Positions 12,501 through 26,999 of a DNA stretch of 64,000 nt are shown here, piece by piece. The position numbers were made by a program, and so were the translations under genes. The notes under the pieces are model-generated. The model saw only the letters and a list, made by a program, of their open reading frames with translations, was not told the DNA's origin and did not search any database. The stretch is from Fimbriosthenelais zetlandica (taxonomy: Eukaryota), in assembly GCA_977030845.1 (NCBI GenBank), contig OZ365114.1, positions 14,508,001 to 14,572,000 on the forward strand. Direction: 5' to 3'. Numbering within the stretch: position 1 is the stretch's first letter; each line of letters opens with the position of its first letter.

Positions 12501-14483
12501 GACGCCCAAGGATTATCAACTGCGATTATGCAAGTAACACAGAACCATTAAAAGGTGGACAAGGTTATAAAATGACTGATGACTCCCATGAGAAAATATA
12601 CATGTATGCATATTATGTTGATGGTTTCATCATCAATTGGATGTCCTTATATGCACTTAAATGTCACTTAAGTGTCCAAAAATATGAAGTGTAGCTCCAC
12701 TGGAATTTCTTCGGCAACTGTCGCATCTGTTGCTGTAGCAAGGGCTTATATTTGCGAGAGGTGTTGAAGATATACCGCAGATAAGCCATAGAGAAGTCTG
12801 CCAAAATCGCTAGCGGCAACAAAATCGCAAGGCAAAAGAAACCCAGTGGAGCTACCTCATTACAACCGTGATATTTTTTTTAGGTATTCCATATATGAGA
12901 AGCACCATCATCACAGCGACACTGACTCTAGAGTCACGTGCATCGGGCACTGTTATTAACCTCAGTACCACACTGAGACATCCCACAGATGCAGCCAGGG
13001 AACATGTATTATAAATCAGGGACGTGATCACGTGATTGATGACGTGTGATGCTCACGGTGGACAGTTAGAGAGGAGTTGAACAATCTATCATCATGAGGC
13101 ATGGCTGTGATGCTGCAGGTAGCTCGCACCTTGTGAATCACACGCTTCCCTACACAATGATAGTGTCAAATGGCCTCATGAAATACTCCCACCCTCTCCT
13201 TTTGAGAAGTCCTTCATGACCACGACGTTTGCTGACTTTGTGGGTGATGCCCAACTCTTAATACGAACCGGGCAGGACTGGCGTGAATAGGAAATTAAGC
13301 TAGCATACTAATATCCGGCCGAGGCCGAGCCTTGATGTTTGTATCCCGAAATAGGAGATGTGTATCGAGTTAATGGCAAAGGTAGCATGGTGTTTAGTTC
13401 CACAGCCATTCCTTTTAGCAGCCCGCGTTATGTTCACTGTAAAGTAGACTAAGAATGATTTATACGAATAAGTGTTGCCCTTTCCCCGCTAATGAAATGA
13501 CCGATATGTGATCTATGTGACAGTTTTTATTCCCAACCGAACTAGACTTCATTTGATTTTCCTTGATTATATGGGCAATGAATCTTCTGTGTCCATTTAT
13601 ATCTGGAAAAGATCTGATCAAATATGCATTTTATTGAGGTAAATGTGCTGGGAATAACATCAAGCCAGTGTCCATAAAACCCAAGACAACTTTGAATCCC
13701 CTGCATGTTAAAATCCCGTACAGACTTTGTTGTGTAAATTCTAACAACTTCTGGTGGAACATATTTGCACAGAAACATATGTATTAAAATCCTTGACTTG
13801 TTTCCTAAATAAGACTGGACCTCTGTATTTGGACTATCCAGATGAAGACTTAATTAAGGCATGACGCCTCACTACACTTCTCATTTTTATCTCTTTGGAC
13901 GGACCACGCTGAGATGTGCCACTTCCAATCTTGAACAATGTGCCAGCTGGCAAAAAGGCCCCAGTCACCTAATATGTCTTGGAGGCTGGTTGTCAGGTGT
14001 CCCTGTGGCTTATCAAGTATGGCCAAAAGCATAGTGCACTCAAGTAGCTGTCAGGAGGGCTTGCCGCACTTTGCCAGGAGGGAAGAGAGTGGACTTCACA
14101 TCAACTGAGCTGCCATAGGGTTGAGAATCCATCAGGGTATATCTGATATCTCTCTCCCCGGTAGAAAACCTGGCATGACAGAGTAGCCGGGAAATTGGAC
14201 ATATATGGGTGTTATCCATTATAAATTCCACCAGATAAACCTTTTCTTTCTACCTCATATGTTATATGGGTGAAATTCATTTTGGGTCAGGACCATGTAG
14301 GGACTCTCCCACTGCTGTATGAGGAACAGATTTCAGCCTGATATGCCTTTAGAAAATGTTCATAGGCAGAATAACCCGAGGGCGAGGCCAATTTAGTGAC
14401 CCTTTGTTCAATAAAGGAAGTTTCCAATATTGGATACAAAACTAAACTAAATCTAGCCCTTTTGGACTGATGACAAAATAATG

Positions 14484-14525
14484 AGCATGGTGCTTTCTCA
14501 TATAAGCATGGTGCTTTCTCATATA
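14484..14525. repeat. Perfect 21-bp tandem duplication (AGCATGGTGCTTTCTCATATA x2)
   Basis: Read directly: 14484-14504 equals 14505-14525. Confidence 0.95.
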
Positions 14526-14749
14526 TATGAACGTGGGATCTGAATTGTTTTCAAGGTTCATAAAAGGCATGTTAATGAGCAAATAATGTGAATAGATATT
14601 GGTCCACATCAGCGACAAATAAAGGATTGTGGAGTCAAATGGAGCAGTCCCTGCCTACACATCACCCTACACACCATTGATTCCTTCCCAGCCTCACACC
14701 ACAGTGACAATATCATGGGATGGAAAGAACGAGGCAGGAAAAAACTAAG

Positions 14750-17700
14750 GGAATCATCATTTGTCTGGGGTGGCATCCTGAGTCTGGGGCCTGAAGCTAC
14801 ATTGGTGGTCTAAAACGGGAGGCAGCAATAGTTTGTGTCATTGGAAAAGTAGTTTCCTTTACGTCTGGGCCTGTCCAAATGCGATAGTAACCCACACATT
14901 GCCCCTCATTTCCATACACAAGTTTATAAAGGCCTCGGGCATGCAGGAACAGAAATTGACAGGATAAGACCTGAATTCCATCTGGGAAATGGGACCCAAT
15001 GTAATGTTCCTGCCCCTAACCTTTATCATTATGAACACCACAGGCCCACAAGAAGTAATATAGACATTATAAAGGGGGCCAAATGCAATTGAACCATACA
15101 CGATACCTCATTCGAGCCTTTAAACACACCATTTGGCTGATCATTTTTGAATTAGTTAAAGACACCCTGATACAGTACTGATGTTGTATACCATTGTACC
15201 AGCCTCGGGTAAGAAGACATCGCGTTGCTGACGTTCGTATTTTTTAGCACATTCAATATACTCATTTACTGCAGAGGAAAGCAATTTATGATGCTTAACC
15301 ATGGTAAAGCGCTATAGGGCTGGCCGGGAGTAGCAGCAAAGTAGACTAAGCACCGGGCACAGAGCCAATAGGCATAAACAGTATAGGGAAATGGGAAATA
15401 CACTCAGGAAAGCATTAATGCTAAGTACTACAGATAAATGGCGCCCTTTAACAGGGTATTAACGCCAATCAGAAGCCAGTAGCAGGTTACTCAATCAGTA
15501 CGACTAAATAGAATATGTACACGAGGCAGGAATGTACATTATTTAACTATATTTTGTGAACATCCTATAAGGAGGACCAACCTTGAACCGAACATCTACT
15601 GAAAGAATTATTTATCCTCGAGATGTTGGTTATCATATTTCATTCTGATGAAACTTCATCCCCTCGATGCCTCAAGGCCGTATAGGATGTTTAGGCAGGC
15701 CTCTGGGGCCAATGGAAGGATTTGAAGCCTTCAGTAAAATAAGTACCCCTTAGGCCAGAGGCTGAAAGGGGGAAGATCTCGCCAGGAAGCACTTGAAATC
15801 CATATCAATTTCATGTTGCCTGCAGTTGCTGTATGACGGTAGCCTGATTGAATCAGAGGGTGTCGTGTCTGGGCGCCTCTCCTTGTTCATTGCTGGGCCA
15901 TGCTTTGGACCCCAGCATTGCAAACTTACCCCCATTCCAGCTCCACTAACTCGCTGATAATGAAGGCTGAAAAAGATAAGAAATCTCATAACCGCCGCGA
16001 AAAACACGTGTGTCAATCAAACCACAGGAGGTTAGTGCCTGAGTGTGCTCAGATGCCCACAGGTCGTTCAGGGAGCCGGACCTTCATTACCATGCTAACC
16101 AATATCAAATAGGACTCGGTAAAGTTATGGCCCCAAGTGATTTGATAATATCCCAGTGTTGCCTGGTTACCTCCGGATTATGCCCTCCCAAAGTATCTGA
16201 ATGGGAATTGATACATTTTTCCCGGATAGCACGAACTCCATCAGAGCAATTTTCAGGATGGTGGGGACGCCCAGCCTTTGGCCACACAACACCGACCACA
16301 GAAATCAGGAGTAAAGGCTGCTATGCTGTTCCCAAGGGTGGTTCAATACTCTTCAACCTTCCTTGTTAGGGCCTCTCAATTACCAGCCTATGAAAGCGTT
16401 ACGTCCATATGCAAGAGCCTTGTTACTGGATTGATTTCCAACGGGGCAGCAAACTACCTCCACCAGTGTCTGCATAATTGCAAACAGCCTGCTAGAGATA
16501 GGATACAGTGATCTGATCAAGGGACAAATTAGTAGGTACTGTGATGGTTTACACTGATTTGTCTACATTATGCTCAGCTCAGACCTAATGGCATGCAAGT
16601 AACATTGCAAGAAGGAGGAGTGAGAAGACCAAAAGGGTCCCACAGCGGTTTATCTGAATGTGTCTGTCTGCAACGTTTGGCAGTCTCAGACGTTCAAGTT
16701 ATTTACACCATTCTCGCTTCGTTGCCTGGACCAACAGCTACGACAAATTGGGCTAAAAGCTTGAGCAGCCGGCCAGGGGATTGAGCCAAGTGAAAAAGCA
16801 AGCTCACCTTCACACTGGCAGAGTCATTTCATCTGTCACACACACGCCAAGGCATCTTAAAAGGTGTGCAAGGGTCAGCAATGATCAGCATCTGTGGGTG
16901 GGAGGCTGACCAAGCTCCAGAGCTTCTGGATGACTTTCTCAGAGCTGATCAATCAATGACAAGCACCTGGTCTTACACTCTCCTCCTCCGTCTTCCTTTG
17001 AGCAACTGTCTGAAGAGCAGAAGTCTCCTGGTTCTTCTGGGGCTTCTACATATATGAGAGGACCAGCAGACTGATAGATGCTGACTTGTCTTATCTGATT
17101 ACTCGAATCTCAATGAGATAAGGATATTTGCCTGGAATATGTAATTATTATACATTTTTTTTTCACTTCATGGCAAGTACAGGCCCATTTATCTTTGATA
17201 TGCTTAAGGAGTCCCTCTAGTGACTTTAGATATTTGGGATACCTTTTTAGCACTGGATCGACTATGTAAGGAAATACGACAAAAGAGTACTTGATCTTCT
17301 GCAATTCATTGAGAAAAATTAATACCATGTGCCTTGCTAAAAAAAAATGAATTCATATATGTAACTGGTTACACTAGCTAGTGCCGCAAAAACATGACTT
17401 AAATAGTTTCGATTCTCACAGATACCTAATCCATCTGGTTAATGGGCTTTGGTTTGACGTCACTGACACCAGAAGTCAGTGACATAAGAGTAGGAAGGTA
17501 ATAATTACTGTCATTAGAGGGAAGAAGCGTGCTAATTAGTTTGCTTATAGAGGCTTATTAATTCCTTCACTTGCCCCGAAAGGCGATTCGAAAAGACAGC
17601 CTCTTAAACATCAGTCTTAACAGTTTCAATGAATTCCACTTCCTGAGTCCAGAGGACAAACATTCATTATCCATGTCACAGAGCTCCATGGAAATAAACA

Positions 17701-19200
17701 CAATATCCAAAACCAAAAAGGAACAAAATATGGCAATTAAGGTTGCTGCCTCACTTTATTATTGCAATCCAATTAGGCAGGGCTAATGAACCCACGTGAT
17801 TTGCATTGACTCTCAGTCACGGGCTGCCTTATGCATATTCCAACATTATTAACCCATCAAAACTAATGGAATTTCAGCCAGGCATAGTGGACATCAAGAT
17901 AACCACCATCATGTTGTTACATTACTTCACCTCTCACATAGATATAAAATCTGACCCATTTCGTTATTATGATGATGTAGGTCCGCCTCCAAATCTGTGT
18001 CCTCTATGGCTAGATTCTGAAGAAGCCCAGGCACCCCTGAGGCTGATATGGCCCTATATTAAGGTCACCTGCAGTGACGTTAACCACAGCTGACGTGTTA
18101 GGCAGCACCCAACAAAATAGTGACGTTCCAATAGGCTGGCTTGCATAGGCTGGCCTGGCATCGTATGTGTAAAGGCAGTTCTAAATGGTTCGCGCGTTGG
18201 CGTCAGGTTTTAATGATGTCATAAGTTAGGTCAGAGCCCAGCAGGAGACATTTCCTTGCCTCCCATGAGATGGACTTATCCCAGCTTGCACCAGTAGACC
18301 AATGGTCAATCTGCCCAACCCAGGCGTCTTGGTCAAAAGCACTGATACCTCATGCCATCCAATCAGGGTCAGGAACACAAACTGACATGACACTGCTGAA
18401 GATTGAATATATTTCCCACTCTTGCCCACCTCTCTTGCATTCAAATTGACTTCTATACAGTGATGATGACACATGATGCTCTCACTCACAATGCAGTAAT
18501 TGCCATCATTGCCCCATATTCTAATTCAACGCTTTCATCGTGGGGCTTACTTTGTGAAGATATATCATTATAACATAGCCACATATGGATGTAAAACGGC
18601 CCACTACGCCCTAGCCCAAGTAGAGCAGGGTGTAGAAGAGCTTCATAAACTCAGCCAATGTGTGTAAGAGGATCAAGGAATCTAGCATTTTTGGCATCAG
18701 AGTTGGTTCTGTTTCCTGATTTGATTATGGTGAGAATTGTCGCCAGGATCATGGAGTCTCTGCCTTCAGCCTGATGTGGTTTTGCCCAACATCAGCCCAT
18801 GACCTGGCCACAGAACCTGAAACGTGCGCAAATCAATCGCATCATCGGAAATTTAGGTCTTTTGTGACGACAGGGCCATGGTTGGAGCCCAACTCCAATC
18901 TGACCAAGGTCTCGGTGAGCCAAGTGAAAAGTTGTTGCTGATTAAGCCTTATTGATATACATAGCGCCTGATCCCAGTTCTGGTTTGGGGGAGGCAGTTT
19001 CTTGTCCTCGGCACCCAACTCTTGCAACCAAGCCCCAAATTCATTTAGTGACGCGTCTTTGTGAAATGGGCTTGTGGGAAGGAGCTCTGCTGCCCCCTGT
19101 GAGGCAGCTTTGTAACTTCGTTTGCAGGCATGTGGATCGATGGAGTTAGATTTTGAGGTACTTCTTCAGACAAGGAGGTGGAAAAGCATCGCATTTGGGC
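14750..19200 (-). mobile_element. Decayed near-full-length Ty3/Gypsy (chromovirus-like) element: gag-PR-RT-RH-INT-chromodomain
   Basis: Domains appear in Gypsy order on the minus strand: gag-like FAHVSGSVARSW...SWRQF...LAEFMKLF (~18600-18850), RT-like (~16700-16950), RH-like (~16000-16200), integrase tail KHHKLL...KKYERQQRDVFLPEAGTMVY (~15190-15300), and chromodomain-like EGQCVGYYRIWTGPDVKETTFP (~14840-14910). Many stops and frameshifts; no LTR pair found. Confidence 0.6.
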
Positions 19201-19314
19201 TTATCTCCATATAAATTGTATCTTGCTTGTGCGAGTATGAGACGGTGAAAAGCAAGGCCACACACCCTCTGGTTATTCATGTGTCTTGATGTGGTCGATA
19301 ACAACTCAGCCAAC

Positions 19315-19350
19315 GTGATGAATATCTCTTTGGGCAGAGATATTCATCAC
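19315..19350. repeat. Perfect inverted repeat, 15-bp stem with 6-nt loop
   Basis: GTGATGAATATCTCT (19315-19329) is the exact reverse complement of AGAGATATTCATCAC (19336-19350). Confidence 0.9.
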
Positions 19351-21099
19351 CTTTTGCATTCAGATGACAATGTTTCACTAGGCAATTATGCAAACATTGC
19401 CCACCAGAATCAGTATAGCTCCATCAAGTCAGTTATTAAGGTTGGACTGGATTGGAATAGATTTGGTGATAATGAAGTGTATAGGCACAAATATATGTGT
19501 GGATGACATCCAGCAGTCCAGAATCTTTGAGCAAAACAAGTCCATAACATGGTGGTGAAGATTAACAATAACAGGCACAGCATTGGTCTAAACAGTACAG
19601 TGCAGCAGGGTGCAAACAGGGAAGGCAGAAACCATCAATTATTCATCGGTGCGATAATGACTGATCCTAATTATGATCGAACATATTATTTATAGATCAC
19701 TTACGTCCCTTGATGAATCATTCCAGCTAGCAATGAATCGATCATCCACCTATATATTTGTTATCAGTCCTTGGAAAATGGAGTCGCATAAGAAGTCATT
19801 CATTCTCCTTAATTAAGGATGGCTTTCCCTCTGTGATATTTGCTGAGTGCCTGTTAATCTATTCTTTCACTTCTTTGCTCTCTTGGGTGTTAAAATCTCT
19901 ACACACGCACGAGCAGGATGATGACTGAACAGAAATGGAGAATGTTGATATATATGTTGATATGTTTAATGCCGATATGTTGACATATAGAACAGATTTG
20001 GGGTATCTGATATGCTGACATATAGCAAGATTCTAACATCAGATGCCTGAAGGTCCATACCTTTATTTACACCTAGGACTCTCTTTTGTACCACAACCTC
20101 AAAACAAGGTCAAATTCTTACTCATACCATGCATGAAATACGGCAAACATTATTACATGGCCGGATTCCAATATAAATCCTGTTAAGGCCAGTTGTGCTG
20201 TTATTGGGTATGACCTCATGATATGAACCGACTAAGTTATTACATCAAAGTCTGACGGACCTTCTGACAGCAGTGATGCACCCTGTCAAAGATTGCCATT
20301 GATCATGTAGGTGGCCATGTAGGTGATTTACACTCATCCTCATGGTGCTAATGTAGCAGCCTAAATCACATTCACTTGACATTAGCTTGAATTGGGAGCA
20401 ACAGTGTGTAAACCACTGTGGCAGAAGGGACTACTTTCATTGCTTTGACCTGCTATCCGCCCAGGAATTTTCATGTTTTATTTTGGTCCCACAATAAGCA
20501 GGGCGCCATTCACGAGGACATTCCCCTTGATTTGCTTTCACTTTTGCTTTGGCATCATATATATAAACATAAGCAGTGAATACGTAATGGAAGTTTCATA
20601 TATGAGGCATATTCCACCTCAAGCTCTATATAGGGGCCTGAACACAAGGAGATACATGAATAAAACATTCTGCATGTATAATTTCTCGATATTCAACTCG
20701 GCCACCCCTAACATACATATCTCTATATACTTGCCCCCTTGGAGTCTTAGTTAATATCTTCATCCATGTACTTTGGCATAACTATTCACTCCCTCTGGCC
20801 TTAGGGCCTCTTGGAAAATATGGTGGCCTGACGGGGCTGCTGTGCATTGACAAAAATCATCCAAATGGCTTTGTGGCGAGGCGCTTTAGTCATTAACATG
20901 GTTTTACTCTCATTGTCACTTGCTTAATGCTTAGCTTTTTCCAGGGGATGGGAAGTGTGTTTGAAGCCAGCAAGCTGTAAACTCCCCACTGCACATCCCT
21001 CTAGTTTCCGGCGTCCCTATGTTGGGTGTGTGGGTGCTGGGCTGTATTCTGCTCATGTCTGCTCAGCTTACGCTGGGAGCTCCTCTTAATGCCACCATG

Positions 21100-22000
21100 A
21101 TGCTTCCCTGATGATACGCTGTCACCCTGCCCAAGCCCGGAATTTTAACTATTTCCATAAGAGGCTATTTTAGCCCTGCCACGCGGCCTGATTGCTGATC
21201 TACTGATCTGACAGTGATGATACGCCCCTTTCTTAACAGATAAGATTGAACCTCCCTCATATGTCCCTTCCGTGGGTGGTTAAAAAAAGGCAAAACCAGT
21301 CCGTGACTGGCGTTTATAATGATCTGAGAAGATGAGGACATAGTGCAGTTATATGCCGAGAATGCCATTGACACTCTCTTATTATAGGCAAGTGTATGTT
21401 TTATGGGGGCGGTAATGTGGGAGTATCATTAATGGAACAGAATCCAATTTATCAATTTTGCATTTATAATCTGTCCGACAGAAGCATCTGAAGTGTGTGC
21501 TGCTAAAAGCCTCTAATATTGCTGGCTTTGAGCCGAGATCTCCTTCCTGGCGTTTGGAACAGGGTAAAGCCATTTGAATTAAACTACAATAATGTCGTGT
21601 CGGACCTGAGGAGAAAAAGGAGCTGGAAAATTTGAGGCGCATCAGCAACAACCATTAGTCTTGATTTAATTGGCAAGAGGAGGGATCAAGATCAAACTGA
21701 AGGGAGTGTTTTCAAAATTCCAAAAGGTCTGGAATGCCTTTATGCAGTGTGCAGGCATGTGAGTGGCCAAAGCCCTGGCTCGAGGTAAAAGCATTTAGGC
21801 AGGCTTCTATTTTCTAAGAAACCACATTAACATATGACCCTAAACGTCGTAATCACCTGAGAGGAGGGGACTTGGTTTTCACTGCTGGTTTATGGGCTTG
21901 CCTCTGGTACACCGTCCATGATAGCATGTGGGGGAGTCTCAGAGCATATCTCTATGAATACGAGCCTGGCCGGGGTCGTGGTATAATTATGGTGCTAGAA
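21100..22000 (-). mobile_element. Degenerate Ty3/Gypsy integrase fragment
   Basis: Minus-frame FKWLYPVPNA and VSMAFSAYNCTMSSSSQIIINASHGLVLP resemble SKW..A.P and FAYN.T.HSS...SPF..YG..P.LP. Confidence 0.45.
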
Positions 22001-22349
22001 GGTCCAAAGCTTTAGGGACAAAACAGGCTCTGCTTTTACAGGACAAGTTTTAGGGGCGCGTTTCTCAGGATAAACCATCATAAAGGTGGATTATTCCTAA
22101 CCTTGTTTAGTGCAGACAGCTTCTTTCATTTAGGAGATACCTATCAGAGTGTATGCATATTAACATAAAAACCTGAGCAGAATAGCACTTGAAATACGAC
22201 ATTGCTAATGCTCCCCCTGTGGCCCATTGTTGCCGCAGGTTGAAGTGATTTCATTGTATACAGCTCCCCATTTACATTCATAAAGTACTTCCATTATATT
22301 ACTATGAGCCCTATCAGCTCAAGGCATCATGCCTGAAGTCCACTCCCCA

Positions 22350-22850
22350 AGAAGTCACGTATAAAATCTATACAAAATTAACGGGAAAAATTATCTTTCC
22401 TGGAAAACGATGCCAACGGTTGGAAAATACATTATATGATATGAATTCGTAATTTGATGGAAAAGTAGGGAAACATGTAGAAGGAGCAGAGGAAAATTCA
22501 TGAATGTAAAGAAAAACACATAACATTGCTTTTGAAACATTTAGGACAAAACAGTTGACAAACACAGAGACATAGGCTAAAACATTTCCCGGGTAATGGG
22601 TGCATTAGGTTTGATGTTCACCCAAAAAACTGCTGAAAGACCACACTTTGTAATTACCAGGCCATTGTATAGGACATTTTCTTATTTCAATTTTGGACTT
22701 GAAGAACAAGAACAAAGACCTTCTCTTAGATTCCAAGGCTTCTGAAGTCTCCAAAACATCCATTGTATTTGTGACCATGTAAAGTAGTCTAAAATAAACT
22801 TACCTCCATCCTGAACTACAGCCTTACAGATCCATGTCAAAATTATGGTC
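22350..22850 (-). mobile_element. Degenerate Ty1/Copia RT-RNase H remnant
   Basis: RLLYMVTNTMDVLETSEAL resembles L.YL..TRPDI..AV..LS, followed by IHII.C...FCIDFIRDFL resembling P..I.CDN...HFIRE. Confidence 0.4.
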
Positions 22851-23609
22851 ATTTTTCTAAAGTGTCTTTTTTCTAATTTTGATGAAATAATTTCAATTAA
22901 TTAATATTTTTCTGGCCAAATTTGATTACCCTGATCGAATTATCTAATTGGATTTAGTAGACCATTTGGATATTTTTCATGATGATAATTACATAAAGAT
23001 AATATAAGATGAATACGTCCGTCTAGCACTATTTGTGACTAGACTAAGATCGTATCCCTAACACAATCCATGCAAGAAAATGAAATAAATAACAGCACTG
23101 CATGATAACATATTATGTAGAGTGGCATAGAATATAAATAGGCATTTCACTCACATTGCCAGCAAATCATTAGAATACACAATGTGGTTTAGAGGTATTC
23201 AAGATAAAAATAACACACCCCAGTTACTTTGTATTTAATAATAGCATATTAGTTCTACGAATCTGCAATACTATATAGATGAGATATGCATTTTAACCTT
23301 TTTGTAATATACATCAGCACGGTCTATTAGACTAACCATGTACATGATTACTTGCAGCAAGCAATAGCTTTCGTTAATTAACATCTATATTGTTAATCTA
23401 AAGCAAAACAGAGTGCATATTCTGCAAGTGTTGTCTAGCGTGAATTATTTTTCTTCATCCGTCTCGCGCTTGCTCTTTATATAATGCATGGTATTAGTTT
23501 AGCTTAAAGGGGGAACCCTGGGGCTTGGGAGTGTTGAGGGGGGATTGTGATCTATCCTCAAGTTCAGAGGTCAAAATGAGTTTGATGTTGGGCATGGGTG
23601 AGAACTTAC

Positions 23610-23666
23610 CCTCGAGGTATGTTGGGGTGGTCTTCTCCCCAGAGATCAGGAGTGGGTGGGCGGCAT
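23610..23666 (-). CDS. Exon 3 (57 nt, phase 1-1): (H)AAHPLLISGEKTTPTYLE(G), linker
   Basis: Acceptor gctaatgccatgcctgtgttttttccag (CTAAT branch plus pyrimidine tract) and donor GAGG|GTAAGT at 23609. Phase-compatible with exons 2 and 4. Confidence 0.75.
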
Positions 23667-24375
23667 CTGGAAAAAACACAGGCATGGCATTAGCATCTGC
23701 CACTCGGAAAAAATGGTTGTTGGCTGCATGGGCTTGGGAATGGTCACTACAGCATGCATCAGTCACTCCACAGCATCTAAATACACTGCTAGGGCAAAAA
23801 AGAGGCCATCAATTCAAGCTGTCTGGACAAAGACCTCTTCCATTTAAAGGATCTCTTTCACTGTTCAGAGCACTATATAACGGCTGAATTCTTTGCACTG
23901 GATTCTGATGTTGTCTACCATTATATTTCTAGGACTTAAATTACTCAGTACTCTTAAAGTCAGATTGATATGGTTTCTCTAAGAAAAAAAAGCCTCATCA
24001 GGTGAATAAAAATTTAATAACATCTTTACCAAAATAATGACCCAAACGAAAAACTTATTAACCTCCAAAATGTGGGTTATTGGAAACAATCAGAAAGCTA
24101 GAAAATGTCTCCAACATGATTTTTTGAAAAAAATAAGGACATAATCAGCCACACGGCCAAAATCCCTCAGTTTCCATGTGCATGAGGCAATTAAAAATTA
24201 AGCCAATTCCGATGTGAAATTTAATGTTTCGGTCATTATTTTGGTTTCTCCATGTACGCCATAATAACGAGGCACAAATAAATAAAGAAATCGAAAGGCA
24301 ATTCAGTCAAGTCATGTTTGAAAATGAGTGTTCTAAACTAGTTTGTATTGCTGTAATACTACTTGAAGTACTTAC

Positions 24376-24447
24376 GCATGCACTGCCTGTCAGTTGTTCC
24401 ACCACAGGGTCGTACTTCATACATTGACCCACTGCACTCGGTGCAGG
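24376..24447 (-). CDS. Exon 2 (72 nt, phase 1-1): (A)CTECSGSMYEVRPCGGTTDRQCM, second TNFR-like Cys module
   Basis: Acceptor ctaat...ttttatctgtgtttttcag with a CTAAT branch motif, and donor GTAAGT at 24375. Cys spacing is C-x2-C-x9-C-x7-C. It joins exon 1 in frame as DRVCV-A-CTEC. Confidence 0.85.
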
Positions 24448-26999
24448 CTGAAAAACACAGATAAAACACTCATTAGGTATTGATGACCATAAACAGCTTA
24501 ACTTCTATGTTAAAACAACCATTAAAAGCATCCAAAGCAGGCGTTACGACCTGAAAACGCCTAAAAGAAGTAGAAAAGTATAAGTTAGCATTGTACTAAG
24601 AGGATGGATGGGTCTTCGCGGAGGAACAGCAGTGAGGGAAATGGACCTATTTTTTCATCTCATGTGCCATGATATTGATTGCCTTCAAGGTTTATACTTG
24701 CAGCAGATTCTCTTTGTTGTGTATAGATGTAAGGGGTATATGTATATTGATGGGAATGATCGTATTAATACATCTGCATGAGACATCAAAAGGCCATTCC
24801 ATTTGCCATAATAGAAGCACGATCTTCTTCAATCATACACTGCTTATCCACCCAGGCCATTTCCATTACACAGAGTGATATATAATCCTATTAAAAATGA
24901 GCCGGACACTGAAGGGAAGCTTTATTTGTCCTTATAACATATAAGTTGGTTGATCCTCTAACAAATTCCCTTGATAACCTCAGTTTGGAATGCAAAGGAA
25001 GGATCAGCATTGACCTACTATATTTGTGCAAAGAGCCATAGCTACAACGAGGAGATGCAGATATAGAGCAAGGAGTGTGGAAAAAGGGGGAGCATTGGGG
25101 AGAATTGGGGGATGAGGGTACTATGGAAAGGGCCAGGTCCTATATAAATATAAATACAATATATACAATACTGAAAAACAGACAATAGCTTGCCTCAGCA
25201 ATGCTGAGTGCTTCTCTCAGAATAATATAAGGGTGTATTTATCTTTGGCAGAAATACAGTGATGGACTACATTATGCCTCCTGTAAATTGCTTCGAGTTG
25301 AGGTGAGCAGCTTCGAGCTATGGGACAGGCAGCAGCATACAGCTGGGAACAACATTATCCAGCTGTCATGGAAATCAGCGTTGACGATGTCTTTCTATCA
25401 GCATTAAGGGAGTTACACCCTTAAGGCAATATGGCCCTGCAAAGGTCTGTAACCTACATTTTCATATAGGTAAGGCTTAGTAGAAAAGCTTTCAGAAGGT
25501 AAAAGGCCCTGTGCATCATCACAATTAGGCTTACAGGCATTTCTGAAAGGTTTATCATCAAAAGCATAATCAGTGACGTTAATTTGTAAGGTTTAATTGT
25601 TCACAACCAGACTTTAATGCCAACAAAGCAAGGGGATACAAAAGAAATAGATATTCTTAGCTAAATTCACGTAAAACAATATTTTGAGCCCTGAGTAAAA
25701 TGTTCTCCCACTAACCTATTATAGTTGTAGAATATAAATATTGATGACACAACAAGGACACAGGACAAAAAGTATTCTCGGTAAGTATATTTTTGTATCA
25801 ATGAAGAAGTACCACACCCCCTTGGGTATGAATGGATTATCTCTTTGTTGGCTTGATACATTTATCATTGGATTATTTTTTACCTATAGTTTTGTCCAGG
25901 CCTCTGGTTTTTATTAAGTGTTCAGAGTAATAAAATATAAAGCTGCTTAATTACTTAGCTTTAAAACTTGTATATTTTGAACATTCATTTTATACTACGC
26001 TCTTTATGAATAGATCTATGATCTTTGCTTCAACTTTCATTTTATTTCTCTTTTGCTAGTCAAGAGCATCTGCGGATGGCCCTCAACAAGACATTGCGAG
26101 CCACCCACATCTGCCATCAAGAAACACTTAATTTTCGAGAAATAAAACCTCTTCTAATGGAGCTACAGTAAGTAATCTATTTGTGGCTTATCAAGACCAT
26201 AGGGAAGGTGTATTTCATAAACAGGTTTATTAATTGATTTTAACATTCTGGGGCTGTTTGATTTCCTTTCCCCTTAGTGATTTTAAAAGCGTTCATACTT
26301 CAATGTGCCGTGTCAACCTCTTTGTTCATCAGAGGCCATGATCATAAAACAAGATCGCCCGAAGAACATGCCAGGGAGTCTTTGTTTTTAAGAGACAGCA
26401 ATAGTCTACTGATCTGTATAAGGATTCACATGAGGATTGCCCATAAAACAAGTCCTATCAGTCTTACTGTTTTGGCAGAAAAGATAATTGAACTCGGCCT
26501 AGGCTGGAATTTTCTTTAACCGTCTGCTTATTTTTGGGTCGACTGCACAGACTTGGGAGCTTTTGATTTCTTTACAGCCGACTGGTGTGTATGTTAAAGG
26601 CATTGCACAATAGCCGTGCCAACAAGGCTGATATTTGCTGAGCATGGAACATGAAACGCGACTACAGAAGGGGCGGAAATACCCGCCTGCTCGCTGGCAT
26701 CGCCCGCGATTCATAGACCGGAAAACGCCACTTTGGCTCAGGAAATTATAGCATAGGGTGAAATAGTCCACTAGGAAATTGGCAGGTCTGGGTGATAGCG
26801 TAGTAATACCGAGAGCTCAGATAATGGTATCAAGCTGAGAAAGGGATGAAGGCAGGGCAGCGGTTGGTCATCCTTGCTAACACCCCTGACTCAATACTAT
26901 ATGGATGGAGGGCAGTGATTTAAGACCCAGAAGGGGGGAAAGACAGTGCAGCGGTGCAAGGTTTGGGTTAGAGAGGAATAGGCGATCTTATGAGTGATC

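Noticed and set aside
23494-23887. 90-aa and 120-aa ORFs called as whole genes
   Set aside because: Only the 57-nt spliced part (23610-23666) has splice support. The plus ORF reads as antisense shadow.
26440-26505. FCQNSKTDRTC, a partial resemblance to the Cys module
   Set aside because: No CxxC start, an in-frame stop after the nearest acceptor, and no donor.
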